Assembly: GCA_002189035.1 (NCBI GenBank) | Contig: NEEC01000002.1 | Location: 1,612,001 to 1,676,000, forward strand | DNA: 64,000 nt | Direction: 5' to 3' | Source of the DNA: Utricularia gibba | Taxonomy: Eukaryota; Plantae; Magnoliophyta | Shown here: positions 25,660-37,906 of the stretch, in pieces | Layout of the letters: each line of letters opens with the position of its first letter | Position numbering within the stretch: position 1 is the stretch's first letter | Position numbers and translations under genes: made by a program | The notes under the pieces: model-generated | What the model saw: only the letters and a program-made list of their open reading frames with translations | What the model was told of the DNA's origin: nothing | The model's database searches: none

Positions 25660-28408
25660 CTCCTCCCGCCTGATACGCCTCGGGCGGGGCGAATGATGGA
25701 TAGATTGATTGATGGGCAATTTGGTCTTCTCACCTCGCCACGTACCCTCGCTCTGTGGGTCCCGCCAAAATCCAACGCGGGGCCCCCAGATCATCATCCG
25801 CCTACCGACACACCAACCATATGCATAATGAATGCATCTTTTTTATATTGAAATATGATATAATAATGTTTAAAAATGATAAGAATTGTATACATCAAAG
25901 GAATAGTTGGTGACATTCTGTGTGCAAACACGGGGGCGGTAGAATGTAGCCCTGATGAGATAGATCCCTAAGACAAGAAGATAAAGTTAGGGCAGCAATC
26001 AAGACACACACACAAAGACATGGGACATGTTGGGTGGAGGGGCTTGACTTGCTTTCAATCATCACTGGGATTGGGATTGCAACAACAAGATGGATATCCT
26101 CCCCTTTAGTTCATGTCCACAAACCCTAAACCACAAACCTCCACTTTTTTCCCATCAAGTGGACTCAGTGCATGCATCATGTGTTGTCTAGGGACGCACA
26201 ACTTGAAATTGAATTTCGAGAGGATAAAACACACAAGTTCAAATTTTAATACTTTTACAAATCATGGTTTTTTTTAATCTCATGAGATTAAAAACACACA
26301 GAATATGTTTTGTATATGAATAAATTATACCAAAGATGACAGATTTATATAACTTAAAAAGAAGATATATAATATGATAATTTTATTCAAAATCCTATTC
26401 TTCTATTATTTTATTTCATATTTATGAGATAAATTATCTTGAATATAATTTATATCAATTACCAAATATTATGTTTTTCTTTTATCATTTAATTATTCCC
26501 CTTTATTCTCTCTACCAAACATACTCATAGGATTTAAAATTGGGATTAAATTAAATTGTTGTGGATTATAAACTACGAATCACCCATGATTTTTTTGATT
26601 ATTTAAAAGATTGAGTAGAGTCCAATAAGGATGGAGGCGATGGATTCCACTTTCGATCAGAATTTCTTGGCCGGCTCTTTTTATTGAAGCCACACGAAAC
26701 GGTGGTGGAGGAACAACCCTTATCTCCCTTTTCGTGCAATGGAGCCTTGTCCAAATCCGGTGTCTGGTTCCGGTCCTTTTCAAAATATTCTGCTCATTAT
26801 TTATATTCATATCATTACAACACATCTCTCTTTTTCTTTTTAATAATACGAGAAAAAGTAATGCACGTTCTCCATACAATAAGCTATTTATTAAACCTTT
26901 TTTTAAAAAAATAGAATACGCTCGAAATAGATCATAATTTGTTCTAGTTAGTTTCTATGCACACAAATAATACCATAAATTTAATTTGAAGATAATGCCT
27001 AGGGTACGCCAATAACCGAGCTTTCTATACAACTTACCCAAAGCTAGTATTTGGTGGGTGGGATTGGATGGATTTAAAAGTAAAATTATAAATTATAGAA
27101 TGTTTAATTTCGTATGTTAAAATATACTCGAAATTAAGTGAGTTCTTTTTAATTTCATGTACATGAATTTATTTAAAGTTACACCCTTTTCTTAATTTAT
27201 TTAATATCATATAATCTTAATTCTAATCTCACAAACTAAATATTATGTATTATAATATATTGATGTAATCGCACCTGATCATCGAGGGATGTCTGTGCCC
27301 TTTTTTGGGTTGTGGATGATATGGAAGGGGGTCGAATTTCTGACCAATCAAAACAACATGAATTTAGCCGTCGAGCTCAAGGAGGACAAGGTGTGCACGC
27401 CATGTATGTATTATAGGCCACGTCATCGACCACGTTAACAAAAGTTATCTTGATAAGCCACGTGTTCCACCCAATTTCAATATTATTTATTCATGCAAAA
27501 AAAAAAATGTAGCCAAATTAATATACTCATTTTTTTTAAAAAAAATTCCATTTATCTCGTGCCTCCATCAGTGGGGACTGAAATCGAATTCATTTAGAAC
27601 ACACATCAAATATAAAACTGATTTCACATTCATATAATGTTGTATTTGATTTGGAATTTCGATATCTAAAAAGGTTATAACGAATTATATAACTTTGTTT
27701 ACAAAAATCAAAATTTTGTTTTAAAAAAAATGAGATTTTAGGATATTTGGAAATCGATATGTTAGTGTCTAAACAAAGAAACTAGTAACTTTGTTTCAAA
27801 AAATTGATATTTTTGGTATTTACTAAAATCATATAAGAAATATCGTTTTTGAAAAGAAAATATAAAAAAATACTATGGATATTGATATATCGATCCTGAA
27901 TATACAAAACAATGATAAAAACATTAGGATATTGAAGCATAATTTACGTAATCGTAATGTAATAATTACATCATAAATAAAACATACAATGATAATTAAC
28001 TACATTATCCATTCATATCCTCATCCCACTTGCAGCACTTTTTGAAGTGTTGCTTTATTGTTTTAGTTTAAAATTTTAGTGGCGATATTAGTTACTGATA
28101 AAAAAAAGAACATGATTAGTTTTTTTATAATTTTATATGAACATTTTAAAAAAATAAAATAAAAAATATAGTAACTTGAAGATTGAAAACTTAAAACGGA
28201 CACATTTGTTCAGTAAGGATATGGATGATAACTCTATTTGGTTGAGGTTGAAGTTCTCGGGTTCTAAAAAATGTGTGGACGTTTGATTCCGTATTGGATG
28301 AATAACATTGAGAATCCACAAGTACAGAAGTCTCTCGAGCAGTAAATTACACAAAACAAACCGCCAAAACCATACACAACAGAAGCTGGTCGCAGGGAGG
28401 AAGTGATG

Positions 28409-29437
28409 CTAACCGGTGATCATTGTTCCGGCGCCTTCGTCTGTGAGAATCTCAAGCAGCAGGGAATGCTTCAGCCGGCCGTCTATGATGCTAGCAGTGC
28501 GTACTCCCTGAGCCAAAGACCGTACACAACAATTGACCTTGGGAATCATGCCACCAGCGATCTTCCCATCCTCAATCATCTTCTTCACCCCTTTGATGTC
28601 GATTTCCTTCACCAGACTTCCTGGGTCATCCTTGTTCTCCAGTATACCAGCCACGTCTGTCAGCAGTATCAGCTTCTCTGCACCCAGTGCGGCGGCGAGT
28701 TCTCCGGCTGCAGTGTCTGCATTGATGTTGTAGGACTGTCCATTTTGGTCAGCAGCAACAGAGGCAATTACAGGGATGTAGTTGATGTCCACGAGTGGGC
28801 GGAGTATTGAAGGATCCACACTGGCAATGTCGCCCACGAACCCCAGCTGTGAGGATTTGGATGAGGGCCGAGCCGTGAAGAGCCTCCCATCAATCCCACA
28901 GACACCAACAGCAGTTGCACCAGCCTTGTTTATCAGTGCAACAAGTCGCTTATTCACTTTACCAGCTAAGACCATGGACACGATTTCCATGGTGGATTGA
29001 TCAGTCACGCGGAGGCCATCCACAAAGTTAGGCTTGATGCTTAGCTGCTCTAGCATTCGATTGATATCCGGGCCTCCTCCATGAACGAATACAATGTGAA
29101 GGCCAACGCAGGATAGAAGTACTACGTCTGCTATAACCGATGCTTGGAGGGCATCGGACTTCATTGCTGCACCCCCATATTTGACAACTATAGTCTTTCC
29201 ACGGAACTTCTGGATAAATGGTAATGCTTCAGAGAGAATCTCCACATGGTCTTTCCCAGACTTGGAGCTCTTATCAACTTCTTGTGCTGCTGATGATCGG
29301 ATCGAAAGTCTTGGACTTTGGTGCTTACAGTTTCTCACAAGAGACGTTCTTTGTAGCGATGGAGTGAATGCAGAGTCTGGTTTCCCGTAAACTGATGGCT
29401 TAAGAGATGCAAGGGGGAGAGTCTTAGATGCCAACAT
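28409..29437 (-). CDS. NAGK: N-acetylglutamate kinase, chloroplastic (342 aa, intronless CDS)
   Basis: Ser-rich transit peptide MLASKTLP...; [54 protein letters not shown]. The ORF-track start at 29506 lies in a probable leader intron (donor near 29769, acceptor near 29491). Confidence 0.95.
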   Translation of the reverse strand: MLASKTLPLASLKPSVYGKPDSAFTPSLQRTSLVRNCKHQSPRLSIRSSAAQEVDKSSKSGKDHVEILSEALPFIQKFRGKTIVVKYGGAAMKSDALQASVIADVVLLSCVGLHIVFVHGGGPDINRMLEQLSIKPNFVDGLRVTDQSTMEIVSMVLAGKVNKRLVALINKAGATAVGVCGIDGRLFTARPSSKSSQLGFVGDIASVDPSILRPLVDINYIPVIASVAADQNGQSYNINADTAAGELAAALGAEKLILLTDVAGILENKDDPGSLVKEIDIKGVKKMIEDGKIAGGMIPKVNCCVRSLAQGVRTASIIDGRLKHSLLLEILTDEGAGTMITG

Positions 29438-30202
29438 AGCTTCAAATTCCTTGACAAATAACTGAGAAGACAAAAGTATCTCCAAACCTATCTGCACACA
29501 CCACATAATTTACAAGTATCAGCTTGCAATAAGAGAAATCATCGTCGGTGCAACGTAGAAATTGTTAGTATATAGATGCATAGAATATGAACCAGAAAAA
29601 GCTCCTGACATGTTTATCATCCTGAACTATATAAACACTCCGATCAGCCATTAAGGACAACCAAACAGAAAGAAACGGTCATCTTAACTCTTTCTGATTG
29701 AACAATGAATTGTAAATGTAGTGATGAAGTATAACTGAAACACAAAACGAGAGAATCCAAAATGTTTACCTGTGTTCTTTTTATTCCAATCTTCCGCCGC
29801 GGTGTGTGAAACTATCGTTTCAGAAAGCGGCGGTCATCAGATCGGATCTCAGAGGAGCGACGGCGGCGGAGAGCGCAGCGACAATGGCGATGAGAACGGA
29901 AAGTGGGCCTATTTCGGCCCAGTTTCCCTAGTAAGGTTGGTGGCTGATGACTTGAAATTTAAAAACTATAAAAAAGTAAATACTGTTTTTATATTTATTT
30001 TTAAATAAAATAAAGATTAAATTTGGGCGGGTCCGGGTAAACCCGTCGGAGCCAACCAACACATGCGAGTGGTGAGATTCAGAATTGAACAAAATTCACA
30101 TCCCGCAGCAGGAATCAGAAACCTGAAAGGTGCTACTTTTCCTTCGCTTGGTGTTCTTGAACTGGAATAGCTTTCGTTCGTCTGGTAGGATGTTGTTATG
30201 GG

Positions 30203-32329
30203 ATGGCAACAATCTTAGGGATATTGTTTTCAGTGTCGAGGTCGTTGAGAAATGCAAGCTCTATGCGGCAAGTTCAGGTGTTTCATCAAAAAGTGATATC
30301 TTTTGGTTTTCAAAGAAACATGGGAATGTGCAAGAATCTAATCGATCACTACATCAAGTTGGGTGAATACCTCTATGCGGATTCTGTTTTCCGAAGCATA
30401 GAAACTCCATTGGACATCACGCTCTGGAATGGTTTGATGGCGGCGTACGCGAAGAGCTCCATGTTTGTTGAAGGTATTTTGCTTTTTGAAGGTTTACTGC
30501 AGTTCCCATATCTGAAACCTGACGGCTATACTTACCCGAGTTTATTGAAGGCTTGTGGTGGTTTGAGGAAAGTGGATTATGGAGAAAAGGTTCATGGCCG
30601 TTTGACGAAAGAAGGGTATTTGTCTGATGTTGTTATTGCCAGCGCTTTGATAAATGTTTATGCCAAATGTTGCCGTTTCTTCTCAGCGGTCAAGGTGTTC
30701 GACGAAATGCAGGAAAGGGACTTGGCATGTTGGAATAATGTGATATCTTGTTATTACCAAAGTGGCCAGTATGAAAAGGCGTTGGATTATTTTGAGAGGA
30801 TGAAGCACAGTGGACTGAGTCCTGACTCCGTATCGTTTACTGCAGCCATTTCATCGTGTGCCAGGCTCTTGGATAAGGAAAGAGGGAGGATGATCCATGA
30901 GGAAGTGTTAAGAAGTGGTCTTGAGTTTGACTCTTTCGTGAGTGCTGCTCTGGTTGATATGTATGGCAAAACGGGATGCCTGATGTGGGCAAAAAGGGTG
31001 TTTGATTTAATCAAAGATAAGAGCCTCGTCACATGGAATGCAATGATAGGAAGTTACAGTCACATTGGAGATACTGTTTCTTGCATGGAACTCTTAGTGA
31101 GGATGACACGAGAAGACTTCCGTCCCACATCTGAAACCATTGGCAGTTTATTGGTTTCTTGTGCAAAATCAGCACAACTGAGGCATGGAAGGTTTGTTCA
31201 CGGCTTTGTGATGAGGAACTACATGTTCCATGACATATATGTCCATATCTCATTCCTTGATTTTTATTTCAAGTGCGGATGTGTTGAAACTGCAGAAAAG
31301 TTGTTTAGAATGTTGCCTGAATCAAATATTGTTTCCTGGAATGTTATGATATCTGGTTATGTATCTGCAGGTCTCTACCTCAAAGCACTTGCTACGTTTG
31401 ATGATATGAGGGAATCGGGTATACAGCCTGATGAAATTTCAGTTACTAGCGCATTGGCAGCTTGTTCACAGATGACAACTCTAGAAAGAGGTAAAGGATT
31501 GCATGAGTACATTAAGAAGAATCAGCTTTCCAATGAAATTGTATTGGGAGCAGTTCTTGATATGTACGCCAAATGTGGTGCAGTAAAAGAAGCAGAATGC
31601 ATATTCAAGCAACTGCCTACAAAAGACTTAGTTTCATGGACTTCGATGATTGTGGCGTATGGCTCTCATGGCCGAGCACTTGATGCTCTGAACCTCTTCG
31701 ATCAAATGGTCCATGCTCGTGTATGGCCAGACAGAATTGCATTTCTTGCTGTAATTTCAGCTTGCAGTCATGGCGGTTTGGTTGATCAAGGTCTGCATTA
31801 CTTCAATCGAATGGTAGATGACTACAAGATCACTCCTACGACAGCAGAATACTCTTGTGTTATTGATCTTTTGGGCCGCGCAGGGAGACTACATGAAGCT
31901 TACAATCTTCTCCTGAAAACCACTAGCATGAAAGAGGACCCTGATTTGCTGAGCACATTGCTTGCAGCATGCAGTATGAATGGAGATATCGAGTTGGGTG
32001 ACAAAATTGGAAATCTACTGTTAGAGAAGGATCCTGATGATCAGTCAACATACACCATTCTTGAAAAGATGTATGCTTCTGCTAAGAGGTTTGAAAAAAA
32101 ACGTGAAATAAGATCCAGAATGAAAGAATTAGGCCTGAAGAAAAACCATGGCTGCAGCTGGATTGAAGTTGATGAAAAAATTCAGTCATTCGTAGCAGCA
32201 GACAAGGCGTTTGCAGAGGCTGAATCAACTTATCGGTGTTTATCTTTGCTGCATACTGACATCCAGAATGACCACGAAATGACTGTACAAGGAGCGGGAG
32301 AAAGCTCTCTTCAGTGGTTTCCCTCATAG
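30203..32329 (+). CDS. PLS-class pentatricopeptide repeat protein, E subclass (no DYW), intronless
   Basis: 708-aa ORF with repeated P-L-S motifs (WNGLMAAY, WNNVISCY, SWNVMISGY) and an E-domain ending LKKNHGCSWIEV. Divergent from NAGK. Confidence 0.93.
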   Translation: MATILGILFSVSRSLRNASSMRQVQVFHQKVISFGFQRNMGMCKNLIDHYIKLGEYLYADSVFRSIETPLDITLWNGLMAAYAKSSMFVEGILLFEGLLQFPYLKPDGYTYPSLLKACGGLRKVDYGEKVHGRLTKEGYLSDVVIASALINVYAKCCRFFSAVKVFDEMQERDLACWNNVISCYYQSGQYEKALDYFERMKHSGLSPDSVSFTAAISSCARLLDKERGRMIHEEVLRSGLEFDSFVSAALVDMYGKTGCLMWAKRVFDLIKDKSLVTWNAMIGSYSHIGDTVSCMELLVRMTREDFRPTSETIGSLLVSCAKSAQLRHGRFVHGFVMRNYMFHDIYVHISFLDFYFKCGCVETAEKLFRMLPESNIVSWNVMISGYVSAGLYLKALATFDDMRESGIQPDEISVTSALAACSQMTTLERGKGLHEYIKKNQLSNEIVLGAVLDMYAKCGAVKEAECIFKQLPTKDLVSWTSMIVAYGSHGRALDALNLFDQMVHARVWPDRIAFLAVISACSHGGLVDQGLHYFNRMVDDYKITPTTAEYSCVIDLLGRAGRLHEAYNLLLKTTSMKEDPDLLSTLLAACSMNGDIELGDKIGNLLLEKDPDDQSTYTILEKMYASAKRFEKKREIRSRMKELGLKKNHGCSWIEVDEKIQSFVAADKAFAEAESTYRCLSLLHTDIQNDHEMTVQGAGESSLQWFPS

Positions 32330-34695
32330 GAGAGAGAGAACCCGTGAGCGATCACATTACCAGAACTCACTTCCTTGTACTGTTCTCAAGATAGCTACCC
32401 GGAAATAAAGCAGCAGCAGGAGCGCATTTCATGCTCCCATTTGTTTGATCTTGTGAAAATTCCAAGCCCCCAGAATTCAAGAGAACGTGGAAATCACAGA
32501 GGAGCGAGCCAGAAAACATTGATGGGAAATGAACACGGTTCTTGGCATCTGGGCAGCAAGAGTCTGGAATGATGGAGGTCCTGCCGGTCCACGCTGCGAG
32601 CTTGCAGCGCAGTAACATGGCCGCAGAGGCAATGGGGAAGCGCCCAGATGCACTGTCTTCCCCTCTTCAACTGGATGTCCTCTCCGATGGTGTCGGCCTC
32701 CTCTGCTTCTCAGTCCACTCATTTTCAGTCACAAGCAGTACCATTCTCAACACTAAATGAAAAAACAGTGGGCTGCTCGCTATTTCATCATGTACATTTC
32801 ACCATCATCGATAATTATAAAAAAAAAAAGGAAAATATTCGATTTTTTACGTGATGAAAAGACAACACCCCTATTATTTATGTGGATGAAAGTAACAAAA
32901 AAAACACACTTTTCACCATTTTCAACTGGCTACCTCACACCCTCTTCCTATTAAATACACAATAAAATGACCCGCAGTTAAAAAGACTGGGTTTAGGGCT
33001 TTTACCGTCAGGCGTTAGGGTAGAAAATGAGGGCGGAGTAGGTAATTACTGAAAATGACCCTATCCCATTTTTATTTGTATTTCCTTTTAAAAAAAGTAA
33101 AAAATTACTAGCCGCCCACCTCCCCCAATATCACCCACTGACTAATACGCCGTCGTTTGAATAATCACCACAAGTAATTATTATAATACTATTAATCCAT
33201 ACTAATAATACGCCCTTTGATAGAGATGAATAAGGAGTTTAGGATTTTAGTACATATATCCTAACCGTGTTTTAAAATCATGGGTTCAATTTAACGAAAA
33301 TATATAACACCTTTCACTACGAATACCTTGTTACGACTTCACTCAAGTCACTAATCAGATGAATTAGAAATCTGATCTTGTGTAAGATATTATGTGAGAA
33401 AAATAGTCATATATAATATAAGTTTTTTAACTTAATGTATAAAATAGAGTGTATCCTATATCTCCTTCCATGTGGAAATAAATTGAAAAATGAGTTTAAT
33501 TTATTTAAATAATACTTTTGAATTCGATTCAATTTATTATAAAAAAAATGTTGTTGGATGGAGCATTGCACCGGATGAAGAGTATGGTAGCTTTTAAAAA
33601 GCTATGAAGAATTTAAAAACGTCTATTATGTTTTATGAAAAAGGAAGAAAATAGATAGTGACTAAAATCTGAAATTTTCAATTATAATAAAGAATCAATA
33701 AAGTCAAGAATAGAATAGCGAAATAATGGCAATAAAATAATATTATTTTCCACGTCATAAAAAAATATTGTCGAAAGAAACGCCTGTGAATTTATTGCGA
33801 TGGAGGGGGAGAGAGAGAAAGAAAGTGGGGGGAGAAAAAGTAAGTAAACAAACCAACCAAAGGCCAAACCTCAGTCAGCATAGGAAATGGCGAAGAAAAA
33901 AGGGAGGAAACTGATGATGACGATGATGATTCCGGAGGGGTTCTGTTGCCCTGATTTGAATCGGAGATGAGATTAGGAAAGTACTTTTATGGAATCGGAT
34001 CGTTTTGTTTCCGGATGGAACTGACTCCAACTGTATATATGTATCCGTGTAATAAAGAACGAAGCTTTTTGCCGGTGCTGATGATGGGCTGACTATCTTT
34101 GTGTTTATTTTAGCGTTTAAGGTAAGGGGAGGACTTTTTGATTCTTAGCTCTGTTTTATGTTGTGTGGGTGGGAACTATATGTAGTATTCGTGTGACGGG
34201 TTCAGATCGTGTTTGCCCTCCTTCTTGTGTTTTGCTTGTAATCTTGTTGATGTTTTATGGAGGAGTACGATTGAGGGTGAGTTGGTTTTTCATTTTGAGG
34301 CCGTGGGCATGCAGGGGTAATGTGGTCTGTAATTCTGCTTACTTACTGAAGCCCCTTGATTTTTCAAATCAGGGCTCTGGTTGGTTAAGTGAGTCTTCTG
34401 GTCGGCTGGTAGGGTTTTGAGAAATTTGATGTCTAAAGAAGTAAAGGCCCTTCCTTTGCTCTAAAGAATCTTTTTTTTTTTTAAGTGAAGTGTGTAGTGA
34501 AACAACTTGGGATTCATGGGGGCTGTATGAACTTACGAACTCTGAATATTTGGGTTAGTATGGGTTTTCCTTGTCGTACTGAAATTATTTTCTGACATTG
34601 ATACTTAGCTTTCATGCTCTTGTGTTCCAGATGGATTTCCATGGAAAGGATATCTGCGAAGTAGCTGAAAATACAATTTTCTGATTTTGAGAGTT

Positions 34696-36672
34696 ATGAA
34701 TACTGAGAGTAGTAAAGATGCTTACCTTAGCTTGCTTGAGCTAGCTGCAAACAATGATGTAGAAGGCTTTAAGAAATGTGTTGATCGTGAGCCATCAAGC
34801 GTAGATGAGGCTGAACTATGGTATGGGCGGCAAAAGGGCTCAAATCAAATGGTTCTCCAGCAAATGACTCCCTTGATGGTAGCAACAACTTATGGAAGCA
34901 TTGATGTGGTAAAATTTGTATTATCTTTCCCTGATGTTGATGTGAATCAAAGTTGTGGTGTTGATCAAAGTACTGCCCTTCACTATGCTGCATCAAGTGG
35001 AACCGCGAATGCTGTTGAAATTGTGAAACTGCTTATAGAAGCTGGTGCAGATCCAAGTCTCTCAGATTCTAATGGCTGTTGCCCTTATGATGTTATTGTT
35101 GTCTCTCCCAAGTCTCCATCCTTGAAGAGTTCACTTCAAATGTTGCTTGTTCGAGATGGTTCATTTGAGGATACGGATTTGACGGTTTTGATCGATACCT
35201 CGAAATCGAATTCAGATTCTCCACCTCCTTCACCATGCCAGAGGATTGAATCCCCTGATTCAACAACTTTTTCTAAGGGCATGAAGCTTGATGATGTTTC
35301 TGTACCGTTAACAAGAGAGAAGAAAGAGTACCCCATTGATCCCTTCATGCCTGATATCAAGAACAGCATCTACTCCAGTGATGAATTCAGAATGTTCTCA
35401 TTCAAGGTTCGTCCATGTTCCCGTGCCTACTCACATGACTGGACTGAGTGTCCCTTCGTCCATCCAGGCGAAAATGCTCGAAGAAGGGACCCCAGAAAGT
35501 TTCACTACAGTTGTGTTCCTTGCTCTGATTTTCGTAAAGGGGCATGCAGACGTGGTGATATGTGTGAATATGCTCATGGAGTATTTGAGTGTTGGCTTCA
35601 CCCGGCGCAATATCGGACTCGAATCTGCAAAGATGGTACTGCTTGCAGCAGAAGAGTCTGCTTCTTTGCCCACACGCAAGAGGAGCTCCGTCCATTGTAT
35701 ATGTCTTCTGGTTCTGGTGTTCACTCTCCTCGATCAAGCTCCTCTGCTGTGAATGGGATGGACTTTGCTGCAGCAATGGTTTTGCCCGGTTCGCCGTCTT
35801 CCGTCACGATGATGTCTCCGTCTCCGTTCACTCCTCCGATCTCACCTTCAAGCAAAGGCATGCTGAACTCCAGTTGGCCTTCACAGCAACAGAATGTGCC
35901 CACTTTAAGTTTGTCCGGGGGGAATTTTCAGATGAGCCGGTTGCACTCCTCTCTGAATGCCCGAGACATTGATGTCCAGCAGCAGCACCTGATGAATGAG
36001 ATGGCCTTTTCGATGCACTCTAAAATGCTGAGCTCTTCAAATCTTGATGACGTTTTTTCAGAGAGTCCATGCCCAAGATATCCAGATCAAGCTCTGTCTT
36101 CCTCCGTCATGTCACCTACACACAAATCTGCAGTCCTGAACCAGTTCCAGCAGCATCAGCAAGGCATGCTGTCTCCTATAAAAACAGCGTTTTCTCCTAG
36201 AAACATGGATCACTCCCAACTCCAGACACCCTTCGGTGTGGCATCTTCTAGCAGAAATTCACTCGTCTCTGGAGACCCCATCTCTCCCATGAGCGCTCGC
36301 TTGTCATTGCTAGCACATCAAGACAAGAAGCATCAACAGTTCCGCAGCCTCAGTTCTAGAGATCTGGTATCTCAGGCTTCATCTGCAGCTTCCCCACTAG
36401 AAGACCCAAATTGGTCGAAATGGGGGCAACCCTTGTGGACCTCTACCATGGCCGATGATTCAGCTGGACTCCGAAGATCCTCATCCTTCGAACTTGTCAA
36501 CAATGGAGATGAGCCTGATCTATCATGGGTTCACTCCCTTGTCAAAGAATCCTCTCAGGAAAGAAGCGCAGGTGTGGATCATGAAACCGCCGATTCCATG
36601 GAACAGGTTGATCAGTCTGTGTTGGATGCATGGCTTGAGCAGATGCGGCTCGATCAGCTTATGGCCCAGTAA
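34696..36672 (+). CDS. Ankyrin-repeat RR-TZF CCCH zinc-finger protein (OXS2/TZF7-like)
   Basis: [21 protein letters not shown] and TALHYAA ankyrin region; [28 protein letters not shown]...[16 protein letters not shown]...RVCFFAH; [11 protein letters not shown] and WLEQM at the C-terminus. First ATG is 34696. Leader intron about 34122-34630. Confidence 0.93.
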   Translation: MNTESSKDAYLSLLELAANNDVEGFKKCVDREPSSVDEAELWYGRQKGSNQMVLQQMTPLMVATTYGSIDVVKFVLSFPDVDVNQSCGVDQSTALHYAASSGTANAVEIVKLLIEAGADPSLSDSNGCCPYDVIVVSPKSPSLKSSLQMLLVRDGSFEDTDLTVLIDTSKSNSDSPPPSPCQRIESPDSTTFSKGMKLDDVSVPLTREKKEYPIDPFMPDIKNSIYSSDEFRMFSFKVRPCSRAYSHDWTECPFVHPGENARRRDPRKFHYSCVPCSDFRKGACRRGDMCEYAHGVFECWLHPAQYRTRICKDGTACSRRVCFFAHTQEELRPLYMSSGSGVHSPRSSSSAVNGMDFAAAMVLPGSPSSVTMMSPSPFTPPISPSSKGMLNSSWPSQQQNVPTLSLSGGNFQMSRLHSSLNARDIDVQQQHLMNEMAFSMHSKMLSSSNLDDVFSESPCPRYPDQALSSSVMSPTHKSAVLNQFQQHQQGMLSPIKTAFSPRNMDHSQLQTPFGVASSSRNSLVSGDPISPMSARLSLLAHQDKKHQQFRSLSSRDLVSQASSAASPLEDPNWSKWGQPLWTSTMADDSAGLRRSSSFELVNNGDEPDLSWVHSLVKESSQERSAGVDHETADSMEQVDQSVLDAWLEQMRLDQLMAQ

Positions 36673-36706
36673 AACTTCGTTCCCACTAAACCAGGTTTAG
36701 GATCAA

Positions 36707-36741
36707 CAGCAGCAGCAGAAGAAGAAGAAGAAGAAGAAGAA
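36707..36741. repeat. Compound (CAG)4/(GAA)8 microsatellite in the TZF 3' region
   Basis: cagcagcagcag overlapping gaa x8 (36718-36741). Confidence 0.9.
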
Positions 36742-37248
36742 GAGATTATTAGTAGACTGTTGGTAAAAAAATAACCAGCTTTTGATTTTTGTTTGGTATT
36801 TTTGGGGTGTAATGCTTCAACTTTGTAAACAGGAGATGTCTCAAAACAGCAATCATTTCTAGAATTTTAATTATATATTATTTGAAAATTAGAAATAAAA
36901 ATATTTTATTATAATATCCATTCTTAAATAAATAACACATGTTTAAATCATGAATAAATATTTAAATAATATTTCATTTATTTAAAAATTCATTGATGAA
37001 CTAAAATATAATATTATCTCTATTATGTAATTATATCATATATAAATTTTTAATTATAAAATTTTATATTAAATACATAATAAATATTTTTTATTTAAAT
37101 AAGAATTTATACAAATAATTAAATTATTTATTTTTATATAATTTAATTTTGTCGGCATTTAATAGTATGAGGGATAGGACCAAAATGGTTCCCTATGGAC
37201 TATGTTACTAGGATTGGTAACATATTCACGACTAGTGTGACTTAATAT

Positions 37249-37268
37249 TAATTAATTAATTAATTAAT
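37249..37268. repeat. (TAAT)5 microsatellite
   Basis: Read directly from the sequence. Confidence 0.9.
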
Positions 37269-37906
37269 TCAATATATTTGTAGGATTCAATGGGGGGATG
37301 CTGACGTGGATTTGAATCTTTATATGAATTTTCAACGAGGTGCCAACTGTCAAGTACCTACTGCCGAGAATTAGTTAGGGCGGGAAATGGGGATTCGTGT
37401 TGAGAAAGGTTTCCAGTTGTGTGAGAATTTGGCGAATGGCGGTGAGGAGGAACTGCGTCATGAGTTCGCCGGGGGGACTGGATGCATCGCCCTGTTTCAC
37501 TTCTTGGAACGCGCAATTCTAGATTTGGGCAATGCCCTTGTGAGTGTTACACCATGCAATCACGGTGCATTGATCTCTCGTAATTGTTGCGCAGATAAGA
37601 TTGGGTTACGTTGAGTTTTGTAGTGCTTTCTACCCATGCGATTTATTGTGTAGTTGGGAGGGTCTTGAAATCCTCCGGTTATCCGGATGTGGTCCATGGC
37701 AAGTGATGACAATGTGGTTACGTTTTTTGGCTCTTCACTATTAGCAATGCTTTAATGGCCGCTTCTTCCCCGTATAACGCAGCTGAGTATGAACCCACAT
37801 TGACACGTAGATGGGTTCGTGAATCATATTTTCCCGATCCCCGAATCGCGGTTAAGTTGAAGATTCCCCTGAGCGGTTTTCCGGATTTTCATCTGCATTC
37901 TCTAGT

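Noticed and set aside
26120-26135. AAACCCTAAACC and a possible hairpin at 26020-26156 as telomerase RNA or a MIRNA
   Set aside because: No Pol III promoter. The stems are only 6-7 bp with non-complementary spacers and match no miRNA I know.
32965-33065. Mutator-TIR-like GGTAATTACTGAAAATGACCC
   Set aside because: No inverted partner or TSD found. Similar words are common in plant promoters.
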